The notes under the pieces: model-generated
Database searches by the model: none
What the model was told of the DNA's origin: nothing
What the model saw: the letters and a program-made list of their open reading frames with translations, nothing else
Program-made: the position numbers and the translations under genes
Assembly (NCBI GenBank): GCA_963666965.1
Contig: OY762939.1
Span: 1,235,287 to 1,299,286 of the forward strand
DNA: 64,000 bases
Direction of reading: 5' to 3'
Origin: Endomicrobiaceae bacterium
Lineage (GTDB): Bacteria; Elusimicrobiota; Endomicrobiia; Endomicrobiales; Endomicrobiaceae
Part shown: one piece after another, positions 37,194 to 47,568 of the stretch
How the letters are laid out: each line of letters begins with the position of its first letter
Numbering within the stretch: position 1 is the stretch's first letter

Positions 37194-37294
37194 CATTGAT
37201 ATATTAACTGTCTATAATTATGAAGTCGCGGCAATAGTTGTTGGAGATTATTGCCTTTTTTTTGTTAAAATATCAAGAAAACAGGGAATAAATT

Positions 37295-38254
37295 ATGATA
37301 ATACTTACAGGCGGTGCAGGTTTTATAGGAAGTTGTTTTCTTTGGAAGCTTAACCAAGAAAAAATTGACGATATTTTAGTTGTTGATCATCTTGATGAAA
37401 GCGAAAAATGGAAAAATCTTGTAGGTAAAAAGTATAAAGATTATATGCAAAAACAGGCTTTCATTGATGCCGTAAAAGAAGGAAAAATCGAAAAACCCGA
37501 AGCGATTATTCATCTTGGAGCATGCAGCTCTACCACGCTTACTGACGCCAATTATTATATTTACAACAATTTTGAATATTCAAAAACTCTTGCCTTATGG
37601 GCTATAGAATTGAAAATTCCTTTTATATACGCTTCATCAGCCGCAACTTACGGAGAAGGAGAAAACGGATACGACGATAAGTCAGATCTTGATAAACTTG
37701 CTCCGCTAAATATGTACGGCTATTCAAAACATATGTTTGATTTGTGGCTTTTAAGAAATAAACATATTGATAAAACGACGGGAATAAAATTTTTTAACGT
37801 GTTCGGACCTAACGAATATCACAAAGGTTCAATGAAAAGCGTAATATGCAAAAGTTATGATGATGTATCGGTCAAAGGTCTTATGAAACTTTTCAAATCT
37901 TATAAAAAAGAATATTCGCACGGAGATCAAAAAAGGGATTTTATTTATATAAAAGATGCTGTTGAAGTAATGTGGTTTTTACTTAATAATCCTAAAAAAA
38001 CGGGTATTTATAATCTGGGAACAGGAAAGGCAAGAAGCTGGAATGATATCGCAAACTCAATGTTTGCCGCTGTCGGCAAACCGGCAAATATCGAATACAT
38101 AGAAATGCCCGAAATTTTACAGGCAAAATACCAGTATTTTACTCAGGCCTCAATGTCAAAAATAGAAGAAGCAGGCTGCAGACATAAATTTATGCCGCTT
38201 GAAGAGTCTGTAAAAGACTATTGTTCTTATTTAAAAAATAAATCATATTTATAA
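37295..38254 (+). CDS. hldD: ADP-L-glycero-D-manno-heptose 6-epimerase
   Basis: MIILTGGAGFIGS Rossmann start. Length and motifs (YGYSK) are typical of RfaD/HldD. Confidence 0.8.
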   Translation: MIILTGGAGFIGSCFLWKLNQEKIDDILVVDHLDESEKWKNLVGKKYKDYMQKQAFIDAVKEGKIEKPEAIIHLGACSSTTLTDANYYIYNNFEYSKTLALWAIELKIPFIYASSAATYGEGENGYDDKSDLDKLAPLNMYGYSKHMFDLWLLRNKHIDKTTGIKFFNVFGPNEYHKGSMKSVICKSYDDVSVKGLMKLFKSYKKEYSHGDQKRDFIYIKDAVEVMWFLLNNPKKTGIYNLGTGKARSWNDIANSMFAAVGKPANIEYIEMPEILQAKYQYFTQASMSKIEEAGCRHKFMPLEESVKDYCSYLKNKSYL

Positions 38255-38290
38255 AATTGATTTTTGTCTATACCAGTACAGGAGAATTAC

Positions 38291-39283
38291 ATGCAGACTA
38301 AATTATTATCAATGATTCCAAAAATCAAGAAACAGTCAATACTTGTTATCGGCGATACTATGGTTGATAAATTTATATGGGGAAAAGTTTCAAGAATTTC
38401 TCCCGAGGCTCCTGTCCCAGTTGTTGAGGTTTCAAAGGATACTGAAACTCTCGGAGGAGCCGGAAACGTTGCAAGCAATATTACGTCTCTCGGAGCTACG
38501 GCATATCTTGTCACGGTAATAGGCGATGATATAAACGGCGCAACTATGAAAAACATGCTTGATGAAAAAAATATAAATTATGATTATGTCGTTGTTGATA
38601 AAAACAGGCCTACAACCATTAAAACAAGAATTATTGCTTCTCATCAGCAGGTTGTAAGAGTTGACAGAGAAGTTAAGGGAACTTTTGCTCCTTCAACTGA
38701 AGATATGATTATAAAAAACATAGAAACAGTAATTTCCAAAGTAGACGGCATTATAATTTCAGATTATGCAAAAGGAATAGTTGTTCCAAGAGTACTCAAG
38801 AAAATATTATCCCTTGCGAAAAAGAGAAATATACCTGTAACCGTAGATCCCAAAGTTGAAAATTTTAAACTTTACAAAAATATAACCTGCATGACTCCCA
38901 ATACAAAAGAAGCGACCGAGGGTATGAATGCTAAAAACATCACCACAGATAAAGATATAGCTGCTTTGGGCAGCAGAATTTTAAAGTTTTTGCATTCGGA
39001 ATCAGTGCTTATAACCAGAGGCGAAAAGGGAATGACTCTTATTGAAAAAAATAATAAGATAACTCATATACCTACAAGAGCCAAAGAAGTTTACGATGTT
39101 ACAGGAGCCGGAGATACTGTAATTGCCACCATGACGCTTGCATTATCGGCAAAATTTGATTTGGTTTCTTCTGCCGAGATAGCGAATTTCGCAGCCGGTC
39201 TTGTTGTTGCAAAAGTCGGAACAGCGACTATTACTTCTGAAGAACTTGAAGAAACTATAAAGGATTTTTACAGAACAAAATGA
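38291..39283 (+). CDS. hldA: D-glycero-beta-D-manno-heptose 7-phosphate kinase (RfaE domain I only)
   Basis: RBS ggaga followed by ATG 38291. ILVIGDTMVDKFIWGKVSRISPEAPVPVV and the C-terminal DVTGAGDT PfkB motif are present. There is no adenylyltransferase domain. Confidence 0.8.
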   Translation: MQTKLLSMIPKIKKQSILVIGDTMVDKFIWGKVSRISPEAPVPVVEVSKDTETLGGAGNVASNITSLGATAYLVTVIGDDINGATMKNMLDEKNINYDYVVVDKNRPTTIKTRIIASHQQVVRVDREVKGTFAPSTEDMIIKNIETVISKVDGIIISDYAKGIVVPRVLKKILSLAKKRNIPVTVDPKVENFKLYKNITCMTPNTKEATEGMNAKNITTDKDIAALGSRILKFLHSESVLITRGEKGMTLIEKNNKITHIPTRAKEVYDVTGAGDTVIATMTLALSAKFDLVSSAEIANFAAGLVVAKVGTATITSEELEETIKDFYRTK

Positions 39284-40011
39284 AAACTGCGGTAATAATT
39301 CCTGCAAGATATGCTTCAACACGGTTTCCGGGCAAGCCTTTGGCTTTAATTAAAGGCAAACCTTTGATTCTCCATGTCGTTGAAAAAGTCGCAAAGTGTA
39401 AAGGTATTGATTTTGTTGCCGTTGCTACTGATGATAAAAGAATTTTCGATACGGTTAAAAAAGCGGGATTTAATGTATATATGACGCCGGCTGCTTTAAA
39501 AAGCGGAACGGACAGAGTCGCTTTTGCGGCAAAAAAATATTTAAAAAATTTTGATATTTTTATCAATGTTCAGGGTGATGAGCCTCTCATTGATAAGAAA
39601 CTTGTAGAAAAAATGGCATTAACGTTCAAAAAAGATAAAACTGTGGAATATCTTACTGCTGCTTATAAAATGAGTCCGTCTGATGATTATAAAAATCCAA
39701 ATACCGTAAAAATAATTTTTGACAAAAATATGCATGCTATTTATTTTTCAAGATTTCCTGTTCCGTATCTTAGAGATGAAAATCTGAAAATTGATCACTA
39801 TAAACATATAGGGGTATACGGATACAGACGCGATTTTGTTATTTGGTTTTCAAAAACAAAACAAACATCGCTTGAGCGGGCAGAATCTTTGGAGCAGCTA
39901 AGGGCTTTGGAAAACGGCAAAAAAATAAAAATAATAATTACTGACAAAGATTTTAAAGATGTTAATGTTCCGGCTGATGTTTCCGGAGTTGAAAAACTGC
40001 TTAATAAGTAA
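39280..40011 (+). CDS. kdsB: 3-deoxy-manno-octulosonate cytidylyltransferase
   Basis: IIPARYASTRFPGKPL and NVQGDEP motifs. ATGA overlap with hldA. Confidence 0.85.
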   Translation: MKTAVIIPARYASTRFPGKPLALIKGKPLILHVVEKVAKCKGIDFVAVATDDKRIFDTVKKAGFNVYMTPAALKSGTDRVAFAAKKYLKNFDIFINVQGDEPLIDKKLVEKMALTFKKDKTVEYLTAAYKMSPSDDYKNPNTVKIIFDKNMHAIYFSRFPVPYLRDENLKIDHYKHIGVYGYRRDFVIWFSKTKQTSLERAESLEQLRALENGKKIKIIITDKDFKDVNVPADVSGVEKLLNK

Positions 40012-40053
40012 TGATTTGTTGTAAAAAATACGTCATATTTGTATAATAAAAAA

Positions 40054-40881
40054 ATGAATAAAAATATTAAAATAAAAATAAACGATTCAATATCTCTTGC
40101 AAATGATTTGCCGGTTTCAGTGATTGCCGGGCCTTGCGTTATTGAAAGCAGAGAACATACTCTTGAAATTGCAAAAAAAATAAAAGATGTATGTTTGCAA
40201 AAAGGAATAAATTTAATTTTTAAAGCTTCCTATGATAAAGCAAACAGATCTTCAATAACCTCTTTCAGAGGTCCCGGGATTAAGGAAGGTCTTGAAATAC
40301 TTGCCGAAGTAAAAGATGTTCTAAAACTTCCGGTCTTGACAGATGTTCACTGCGTAACCGAAGTTGAGGCTGCCGCAAAAGTTGCCGATATTCTACAAAT
40401 TCCCGCTTTTTTATGCAGACAGACAGACTTGATTGTTGAATGCGCTAAAACAGGACTTCCTATAAATATTAAGAAAGGTCAGTTTCTTGCTCCTGAAGAT
40501 ATGATTCATGTAATAAAAAAAGCCAGTATGTCAGGCAATGATAAGCTGACTCTTACGGAAAGAGGCGCAACTTTTGGCTATCATAATCTTGTTGTTGATT
40601 TCAGATCTGTTGAAATTATGAAATCGTTCGGATATCCGATTGTTTTTGACGCAACTCACAGCGTTCAGAAACCCGGAGGTTTGGGAGATAAAAGCGGAGG
40701 AGACAGACAGTTTGTTCTTCCTCTTGCAAAAGCGGCCGCTGCAGTCGGGATTGCCGCAATTTTTGTAGAGGTGCATGAAAATCCGCAGAAGGCTTTATCT
40801 GACGGAGCAAACAGTGTTGATTTGAAAATGTTTGAAGAATTATTAAAAATAACCGCTGAAATAGATAAAATCGTAAAATAG
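40054..40881 (+). CDS. kdsA: 3-deoxy-8-phosphooctulonate (Kdo-8-P) synthase
   Basis: VIAGPCVIES, FKASYDKANRSS and FDATHSVQ motifs. The ATG at 40054 is preferred to the TTG at 40039. Confidence 0.85.
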   Translation: MNKNIKIKINDSISLANDLPVSVIAGPCVIESREHTLEIAKKIKDVCLQKGINLIFKASYDKANRSSITSFRGPGIKEGLEILAEVKDVLKLPVLTDVHCVTEVEAAAKVADILQIPAFLCRQTDLIVECAKTGLPINIKKGQFLAPEDMIHVIKKASMSGNDKLTLTERGATFGYHNLVVDFRSVEIMKSFGYPIVFDATHSVQKPGGLGDKSGGDRQFVLPLAKAAAAVGIAAIFVEVHENPQKALSDGANSVDLKMFEELLKITAEIDKIVK

Positions 40882-40897
40882 AATACGGAGTAAGAAC

Positions 40898-41110
40898 GTG
40901 GTAAAACAAGCCGCCGAAGAAAATGAAAAATATACCTGGAAACCCGATATAAAATGGCTGTTTAAAGTTCTTGCCGCAGTTTATGTATCAATTATAATTT
41001 TATTTTTAATTGCAAGTTTTGTGCTGAAGCCTGCCGTAAGACATATTCCTTCAGAGATAACTCCGTGGCTTGATAAAAATCATGCCGAAAAGATTGGAGA
41101 TATAAAATGA
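40898..41110 (+). CDS. small single-TM protein embedded in the kds/lpt operon
   Basis: 70 aa, GTG start, one TM helix (VLAAVYVSIIILFLIASFVL). Its stop overlaps the kdsC start (ATGA). Confidence 0.4.
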   Translation: MVKQAAEENEKYTWKPDIKWLFKVLAAVYVSIIILFLIASFVLKPAVRHIPSEITPWLDKNHAEKIGDIK

Positions 41111-41646
41111 AAAAATATTCTTCAAAAATCTTATCGTCCGCAAAAAACATAAAACTTATTGCAACAGATATTGACGGTGTTCTTACTTCGGGAGAAGTTA
41201 TAATTCTTGAAAAAGGCGAAGAAATAAAAATATGGAATGTTAAAGACGGAGCAGGCATAGCATATATAAAAAAATACTTGCCCGAAGTTAAAATTGCATG
41301 GATTTCCGGAAGATCTTCAAAACAGGTTCAGATAAGAGCAAAGGAATTGAGAATTGACTATCTTTTTCAGTCCTGCGGAGATAAGGTAAAAGCTGTTTCA
41401 GAAATAGCCGCCAAACTTAATATTGATATGTCGAATGTTGCCTATATAGGCGATGACATCATAGACATAGGGGTTTTAAAAAAAGCAGGTTTTTCAGTTT
41501 GCCCTTCGGATTGCGCAGATGATGTAAAAAAATATGTTTCGTATGTCTCAAAATATTCAGGCGGGAAAGGCGTTTTAAGAGAAGTATGCGAGATTATATT
41601 AAAATCAAGAGCCGTTTGGGATAAGGTTTTAAAAAGTTATTTATGA
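41107..41646 (+). CDS. kdsC: Kdo-8-phosphate phosphatase (HAD)
   Basis: HAD motif I LIATDIDGVLT and motif GDDIIDIGV. The size (179 aa) fits. Confidence 0.8.
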   Translation: MKKYSSKILSSAKNIKLIATDIDGVLTSGEVIILEKGEEIKIWNVKDGAGIAYIKKYLPEVKIAWISGRSSKQVQIRAKELRIDYLFQSCGDKVKAVSEIAAKLNIDMSNVAYIGDDIIDIGVLKKAGFSVCPSDCADDVKKYVSYVSKYSGGKGVLREVCEIILKSRAVWDKVLKSYL

Positions 41647-42164
41647 AAAAAAATATTTTTTGTTTAGCTTTTATTTTTTGCACGTTCTTTTTTTTAGCAG
41701 CTTGCGATAAAGAAGAATCAATAATAGAAGAAACTCCTCCGACAACCGAACAGACCATCGAAAAATTTGTTGTGACAGAAACCGAATCGGGGAAAATAAA
41801 GACAATTCTTGAGGCAGAATCGGCTCTTATCGCAGATAATGAAAAAAAGGCCTATCTTACGCTTCCTAAAATAAAGTTTTATGAAAATGGCAAATATACT
41901 TCAATTCTTGCCGCCGAATCCGGAGAAGTCGACTTGGAAACAAACGACGTAAAGGCTTTGGGAAAATGTACCGTTGATACAGTAAAAAACGAATATTTGC
42001 AGACAAGGGATATTTCATATAACGCAGCAAAAAAACTTATATCTTCAAACAGCGATATAAAGATAACAAGAGGCAAACAGGTAATATACGGAAGCGGATT
42101 TACTTCCGATATTGATTTAAACAATATTACTGTCAGAAAACAGAGGGTTATAATTGATAAATAA
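41643..42164 (+). CDS. lptC: LptC-like periplasmic LPS transport protein (lipoprotein-anchored)
   Basis: Lipobox FFLAAC. The 173-aa beta-rich body and the position between kdsC and lptA support the call. Confidence 0.55.
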   Translation: MKKNIFCLAFIFCTFFFLAACDKEESIIEETPPTTEQTIEKFVVTETESGKIKTILEAESALIADNEKKAYLTLPKIKFYENGKYTSILAAESGEVDLETNDVKALGKCTVDTVKNEYLQTRDISYNAAKKLISSNSDIKITRGKQVIYGSGFTSDIDLNNITVRKQRVIIDK

Positions 42165-42831
42165 AGTTTGTGCTGCCGCGGTCTTACTTTTAATTTTTAA
42201 TTTTTTGTATGCCCAGCAAAAGCAGCAGACTATAATTACGGGCGATGAAATGCTTATTCGAAAAATCGAAGGCATAACGGTAGTAAAAGGAAACGGGCAG
42301 GTTTTAAGAGGAAGCCAGACAATAAAAGCTGATACTATCACATATTCTGAAAATCAGAACAATATAGATGCAAGCGGTAAAGTAAGTTTTTTTGATAGAT
42401 ATGATGACGGAAGTTTAATCAAGGCTTTTTCAGAAAATGCTTCATATAATACTGAAAATTCTTCCGGTAAACTGTGGGGCGGAAATCCGGTAATAGAATA
42501 TAATTTAAAAAAATCAACAGATGTCGTTTATTTATATGCCGATACTTTTTATCTTGATAAAGGTTTTGATTCGGCTAGAGCGGAAGCAAATGTAAAAATT
42601 ATATCTTCGTCAGGAACTATAACTTCTGACAATGCAAAACTTGATAAAAAAACAAATACATTGTTTATGCAGAAAGATAAAAACAGGCCTAAAATTACGG
42701 CATACCAGCAGGATAAATATGCCGAATTTGAATCAGACGAACTTTATTTGTTTTATGACACGAAAACCGTAAAAATGGATAAGGATGTGAAAGGCAAATT
42801 TATAATGAAAGATTCACAGGGGAAACAATAA
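42154..42831 (+). CDS. lptA: LptA/OstA-like periplasmic LPS transport protein
   Basis: Signal peptide, an OstA-like repeated beta pattern (ITGDEMLIRK...VKGNGQV), and its position immediately before lptB. Confidence 0.6.
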   Translation: MINKVCAAAVLLLIFNFLYAQQKQQTIITGDEMLIRKIEGITVVKGNGQVLRGSQTIKADTITYSENQNNIDASGKVSFFDRYDDGSLIKAFSENASYNTENSSGKLWGGNPVIEYNLKKSTDVVYLYADTFYLDKGFDSARAEANVKIISSSGTITSDNAKLDKKTNTLFMQKDKNRPKITAYQQDKYAEFESDELYLFYDTKTVKMDKDVKGKFIMKDSQGKQ

Positions 42832-43550
42832 TGATATTATCTGCTCATGCGCTTCATAAAAAATATAAACACAGAATGGTAGTAAATTCTGTAAATATAA
42901 AAGTTGCGCAGGGGGAAATAGTCGGTCTTTTGGGCCCTAACGGAGCCGGCAAAACAACTACTTTTTACATGACGGTCGGACTTATAGAACCTTACGACGG
43001 CAATGTCTATCTTGATGATCGTGATATAACGAACGAACCGATGTATAAAAGGGCAAGAGCCGGCATCGGATATCTGCCTCAGGAATCTTCGATTTTCAGA
43101 GGATTGACGGTTGAAGAAAATATTATGGCAATTGCTGAAACTCTTCCGATATCTAAAAAAGAGATGCAAAAAAAAGTAGATATGCTCCTTAGTGATTTTG
43201 GACTTACAAAGTTAAGAAAACAAATCAGCACGACTTTATCCGGCGGAGAGAGAAGAAGATGTGAAATTGCAAGAGCATTGGTAAACGATCCTAAATTTTT
43301 ATTATTGGACGAGCCTTTTGTGGGAATAGATCCCATTACAGTCGCAGATATACAGCAGATAATTTCAAAATTGAAAGATAAAGGTCTTGGTATTTTGATA
43401 ACCGATCATAATGTTCGTGAAACTCTTGAAATAATCGACAGGGCGTATATTATTTATGACGGAAAAATATTGCTTGAAGGAAACGCGCAGGAACTTATCA
43501 GCAGTCCTGAAGCCAGAAAAGTATATCTTGGCGAAAATTTTAAAATGTAG
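42831..43550 (+). CDS. lptB: LPS export ABC transporter ATPase
   Basis: GPNGAGKTTTFYM, LSGGERRR, LLLDEPF. GIGYLPQESSIFR is typical of LptB. Confidence 0.85.
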   Translation: MILSAHALHKKYKHRMVVNSVNIKVAQGEIVGLLGPNGAGKTTTFYMTVGLIEPYDGNVYLDDRDITNEPMYKRARAGIGYLPQESSIFRGLTVEENIMAIAETLPISKKEMQKKVDMLLSDFGLTKLRKQISTTLSGGERRRCEIARALVNDPKFLLLDEPFVGIDPITVADIQQIISKLKDKGLGILITDHNVRETLEIIDRAYIIYDGKILLEGNAQELISSPEARKVYLGENFKM

Positions 43551-43583
43551 TTTCAAAAATCTCTTGCCGTCAGGTCTTGCAAA

Positions 43584-44504
43584 ATGCAAAAACAAACAAT
43601 AATTATTTCGGGTCCGACAGCTTCCGGTAAAACCGCCGTTGCCGTTGAGCTTTGCAAAAAAATAAACGGTGAAATAATATCAGCTGATTCTCGCCAGATT
43701 TATAAATATCTTGATATAGGAACAAATAAAGACGGTATTCTCTCTGAAAATGGAATAAGATATGTTTCATCGGTGCCTCAGCATCTTACCGATATCATAG
43801 AACCCGATAAAAGATACAGCACAAAAAAATTTGAGACAGACAGCGAACAGATAGAAAAAGATTTGATTCTGAAAGGCAAAGTCCCGGTTATTGCCGGAGG
43901 CACGGGTTTATATATAAAGTCTTTTTTATACGGTCTTGACGAACTTCCGGACGCAGATGAAACGATGCGCTCTGAAATACAAAAAGAAATTGAAGAAAAA
44001 GGGCTTGAGTCGGTTTATCAAAAACTTTTAAATGCAGATCCCATATCAGCTGAAAAAAATAAAGGCAATACGCAAAGAATCGTAAGAGCTTTTGAAATAT
44101 ATAAGCTTACCGGTAAAACAATGACAGAATTCTTAAATAAAAAAACAAAAAAGAACAGGAATTTTAGGCATTTTGTCATATTTAAAGACAGAGAAATTCT
44201 GTATAGAGACATAAATAACAGATGCAAACTTATGGTCAATTCGGGCATGATAGAAGAAACTGAAAAGGTTTTGGAAATGGGTTTTAAAAAAGATTCACCG
44301 GCTCTTACCGGAGTTGGGTATAAAAATATTATTTCTTATCTTGAGAATAAAATTACAAAAAAGGAACTTATTGATATTTTTTCGGCAGAAACAAGGCAGT
44401 ATGCAAAAAGGCAGATAACATGGTTTAAATCACAGCCTGACACTATTGTTCTTGACGGTTCTAAAAAATGGCTTGTTGACGACATATTAAAGCATATTTC
44501 TTGA
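43584..44504 (+). CDS. miaA: tRNA dimethylallyltransferase
   Basis: IIISGPTASGKTAVAVEL ... ISADSRQIYKYLDIGTNK. Confidence 0.85.
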   Translation: MQKQTIIISGPTASGKTAVAVELCKKINGEIISADSRQIYKYLDIGTNKDGILSENGIRYVSSVPQHLTDIIEPDKRYSTKKFETDSEQIEKDLILKGKVPVIAGGTGLYIKSFLYGLDELPDADETMRSEIQKEIEEKGLESVYQKLLNADPISAEKNKGNTQRIVRAFEIYKLTGKTMTEFLNKKTKKNRNFRHFVIFKDREILYRDINNRCKLMVNSGMIEETEKVLEMGFKKDSPALTGVGYKNIISYLENKITKKELIDIFSAETRQYAKRQITWFKSQPDTIVLDGSKKWLVDDILKHIS

Positions 44505-44541
44505 CTTACTGACGTAAAAGATATAAAATAAGGGTAATATT

Positions 44542-44745
44542 ATGGCTAAAATAACAGTTAACAACGACAGATGTAAAGGATGCGGGTTATGCGTAGATGC
44601 TTGCCCTAAAAAATGCATTTCTTTTTCACAAAATCTTAACAAAATAGGTTATCATTATGCCGTTCTTAAGAATGAAAAAGACTGTATAGGATGCGGGTTT
44701 TGTTATCAGGTATGCCCGGATGTATGCATTGAGGTTTATAAATAA
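44542..44745 (+). CDS. 2-oxoacid:ferredoxin oxidoreductase delta subunit (2x4Fe-4S ferredoxin)
   Basis: 67 aa with CKGCGLCVDACP and CIGCGFCYQVCP. It is the first gene of a D-A-B-C order like oorDABC. Confidence 0.8.
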   Translation: MAKITVNNDRCKGCGLCVDACPKKCISFSQNLNKIGYHYAVLKNEKDCIGCGFCYQVCPDVCIEVYK

Positions 44746-45794
44746 TGGATAAACATTTAATTAAAGGAAACATAGCTTTATGCGAGGGAGCGATAACTGC
44801 AGGGTTAAGCGCCTATTTCGGTTATCCTATAACTCCGCAGAATGAAGTTCCTGCTTATATGTCCAATAAAATGGTTAAGCTGGGAAGAGTTTTTGTTCAG
44901 GCAGAATCTGAACTTTCGGCTGCCAATATGGTTATGGGCGCATATGCCACCGGAAAAAGAGCGATGACTTCATCTTCTTCTCCGGGGATATCATTAAAAC
45001 AGGAAGCGATTTCATATTTGGCCGGAATGGAAGTTCCGGGCGTCATAGTGAACGTTCAAAGAGGCGGGCCGGGACTTGGCAATATTTCCGGTTCTCAGGC
45101 TGATTATTTTCAAGCTACAAAAGGTGGCGGACACGGTGATTATCATACGATAGTTCTTGCTCCTAACAGCGCTCAGGAAATGTATGAAATGGCTTACGAT
45201 TCTTTTGATCTGTCCGAGAAATACAGAACTCCGGTTATGATTTTAGCAGACGGAATTATAGGACAGATGATGGAACCTGTTGAATTTAACAGAAAAGAAA
45301 AAACAGAATTTAAAAAAAATGACTGGGCTTTGGACGGATGTGCCGGAAGAGAGCCGCGGTCTTTGCAGTCTCTTCTTATGAAAGACGGAGCCCTTGAACA
45401 GCATAATCTCGATTTGCAGAAAAAATATGAAGAAATAAAGAAAAATGAAGTAAAGTACGATATGTATGAAACCAAAGATGCTGAAATAATAATAGTTGCT
45501 TACGGAATATCTTCGAGAATTGCAAAAAATGCTTTAAAACTTGCAAGACAGCAGGGAATAAAAGCAGGAATGATAAGACCTAAAACATTATGGCCTTTCC
45601 CTTATGAAATTATAAATCAACATGCAGGACAAGGCGTAAAATTTTTAACTGTTGAACTTTCTATGGGGCAGATGGTTGAAGACGTAAAACTTGCCGTAAA
45701 CGGAAAGTCTCCGGTTGAATTTATAGGAAGAGCCGGTGGCGGAGTAATCACCGTGCAGGCTGTTTTAAATAAAATTATGGAATTAAAAAAATAA
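44745..45794 (+). CDS. 2-oxoacid:ferredoxin oxidoreductase alpha subunit
   Basis: GNIALCEGAITAGLSAYFGYPITPQNE, typical of the OFOR alpha N-terminus. Confidence 0.8.
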   Translation: MDKHLIKGNIALCEGAITAGLSAYFGYPITPQNEVPAYMSNKMVKLGRVFVQAESELSAANMVMGAYATGKRAMTSSSSPGISLKQEAISYLAGMEVPGVIVNVQRGGPGLGNISGSQADYFQATKGGGHGDYHTIVLAPNSAQEMYEMAYDSFDLSEKYRTPVMILADGIIGQMMEPVEFNRKEKTEFKKNDWALDGCAGREPRSLQSLLMKDGALEQHNLDLQKKYEEIKKNEVKYDMYETKDAEIIIVAYGISSRIAKNALKLARQQGIKAGMIRPKTLWPFPYEIINQHAGQGVKFLTVELSMGQMVEDVKLAVNGKSPVEFIGRAGGGVITVQAVLNKIMELKK

Positions 45795-45795
45795 A

Positions 45796-46536
45796 ATGGA
45801 AAAAATACTATCAAGACCAAAAGCGCTTAAAGATAATCCTTTGTCTTACTGTCCGGGATGCGGACACGGAGTAATACACAGGCTCATAGCAGAATCAATC
45901 GACGAACTCGGCATAAGAGAAAAGACAATTGCCGTAGCTCCCGTCGGATGCGCAGTTTTTGCGTATGATTATTTTAATTTTGATACTACCGAAGCACCGC
46001 ACGGAAGACCTCCGGCTGTTGCAACAGGAATTAAAAGGACTAATCCTGATAAAATAGTTTTTACATATCAGGGAGACGGTGATTTGGCTGCGATAGGTAC
46101 TGCCGAGACAATCCACTGCGCAAACAGAGGCGAGAATATAACTGTAATTTTTGTAAATAACGCCAATTACGGTATGACAGGCGGACAGATGGCGCCTACG
46201 ACTTTAGTAGGACAGGTAACTGAAACCACTCCTTTCGGAAGAGATCCGTTAAGAGAAGGTTATCCGATAAAAGTTGCAGAACTTTTGGCGAATCTTCAGG
46301 GAACAAAATACATAGAGAGAGTAACTGTTTTTAACGCCCTTCATATAATCAAGGCTAAAAAAGCTATCAAAAAAGCTTTTCAAAACCAAGTTGAAGGCAA
46401 AGGGTATTCTTTTATTGAAGTTATATCTCACTGTCCTGTTGACTGGGGAAAAACTCCTCAGGAATCAGTAAAATGGGTTGAAGACGTATTTTTAAAAACA
46501 TTTCCCTTGGGCGTAATAAAGGATGAAACTAAATAA
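45796..46536 (+). CDS. 2-oxoacid:ferredoxin oxidoreductase beta (TPP-binding) subunit
   Basis: YCPGCGHG and the GDGD...NNANYGMTGGQ TPP motif. Confidence 0.8.
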   Translation: MEKILSRPKALKDNPLSYCPGCGHGVIHRLIAESIDELGIREKTIAVAPVGCAVFAYDYFNFDTTEAPHGRPPAVATGIKRTNPDKIVFTYQGDGDLAAIGTAETIHCANRGENITVIFVNNANYGMTGGQMAPTTLVGQVTETTPFGRDPLREGYPIKVAELLANLQGTKYIERVTVFNALHIIKAKKAIKKAFQNQVEGKGYSFIEVISHCPVDWGKTPQESVKWVEDVFLKTFPLGVIKDETK

Positions 46537-47075
46537 TGAAAACATATAATGAAATAATCATTGCAGGATTCGGCGGACAGGGAGTTTTGCTTGCCGGCAC
46601 TATTTTGGCTCAAAGCGCAATGGAAGAAGGTTTAAATACGACATGGTTTCCTTCTTACGGTGCAGAAATGAGAGGCGGAACGGCAAATTCAACGGTTATT
46701 ATTTCAGATGATGAAATAGGATCCCCGATAGCTTTTAACCCGTCCGGACTTGTAGCTCTTAATGCTTTGTCTCTTGATAAGTTTTTGCCCAGAATGTCTG
46801 AAAATGCGGTTATAATAGCTAATTCATCAATTATAAATAAAGATGATTATAAAAATAAGAACATACTATTTATTCCGATTTCAGAAATAGCAGACAAAGA
46901 AATAGGAAATATTAAAGCCGCCAATATGGTTGCAGTAGGCGCGTTGGTAAAAGCATTAAATGTTCCTGCATTGGACAATGTGCTTAATGCAGTTAAGAAC
47001 GCTTTTGCAAAAAAAGAAGGGCTTTCGGAATTGAATGTAAAAGCCGTAAAAGCCGGATATGATTATAAAATCTAA
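46536..47075 (+). CDS. 2-oxoacid:ferredoxin oxidoreductase gamma subunit
   Basis: IIAGFGGQGVLLAG ... GAEMRGGTANS. Confidence 0.8.
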   Translation: MKTYNEIIIAGFGGQGVLLAGTILAQSAMEEGLNTTWFPSYGAEMRGGTANSTVIISDDEIGSPIAFNPSGLVALNALSLDKFLPRMSENAVIIANSSIINKDDYKNKNILFIPISEIADKEIGNIKAANMVAVGALVKALNVPALDNVLNAVKNAFAKKEGLSELNVKAVKAGYDYKI

Positions 47076-47088
47076 GAAAGGAGAGAAA

Positions 47089-47568
47089 ATGAAGATAAGG
47101 CATGCCAAAGTATCGGATGTTAAGGCAATACATACTCTTGTTGAGTATTATGCAAACAACAAGGAAATGCTTCATAGATCTCTCAATTCAATATATGAAA
47201 ACATACAGGAATATATGGTAGCAGAAGAAAAGGGCGAGATTATAGGCTGCGGAGCTTTACACGTTTCGTGGGATAATCTTGCAGAAATTAAAGCTTTGGC
47301 AGTTTCAAAAAATCACATGGGGACCGGCATAGGAAGGAAAATAGTCTCGGAACTAGAAAAAAATGCTCTTAAACTTGACGTATTCACTACATTTGCGTTA
47401 AGTTTTAAACCAGGTTTCTTTCAGAAACTCGGATATGAAATAATATCAAAAGAAGTATTGCCTCAAAAAATCTGGAGCGAATGTATCAATTGTCATTTAT
47501 TTCCTGACTGCGGTGAAATTCCGTTGATAAAAGATTTAAAACATACCAAAAAGAAAAACAAAGCTTAA
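47089..47568 (+). CDS. GNAT N-acetyltransferase (short ArgA-like)
   Basis: RBS ggagag followed by an ATG. The GNAT motif A region is LAVSKNHMGTGIGRKIV. Confidence 0.65.
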   Translation: MKIRHAKVSDVKAIHTLVEYYANNKEMLHRSLNSIYENIQEYMVAEEKGEIIGCGALHVSWDNLAEIKALAVSKNHMGTGIGRKIVSELEKNALKLDVFTTFALSFKPGFFQKLGYEIISKEVLPQKIWSECINCHLFPDCGEIPLIKDLKHTKKKNKA

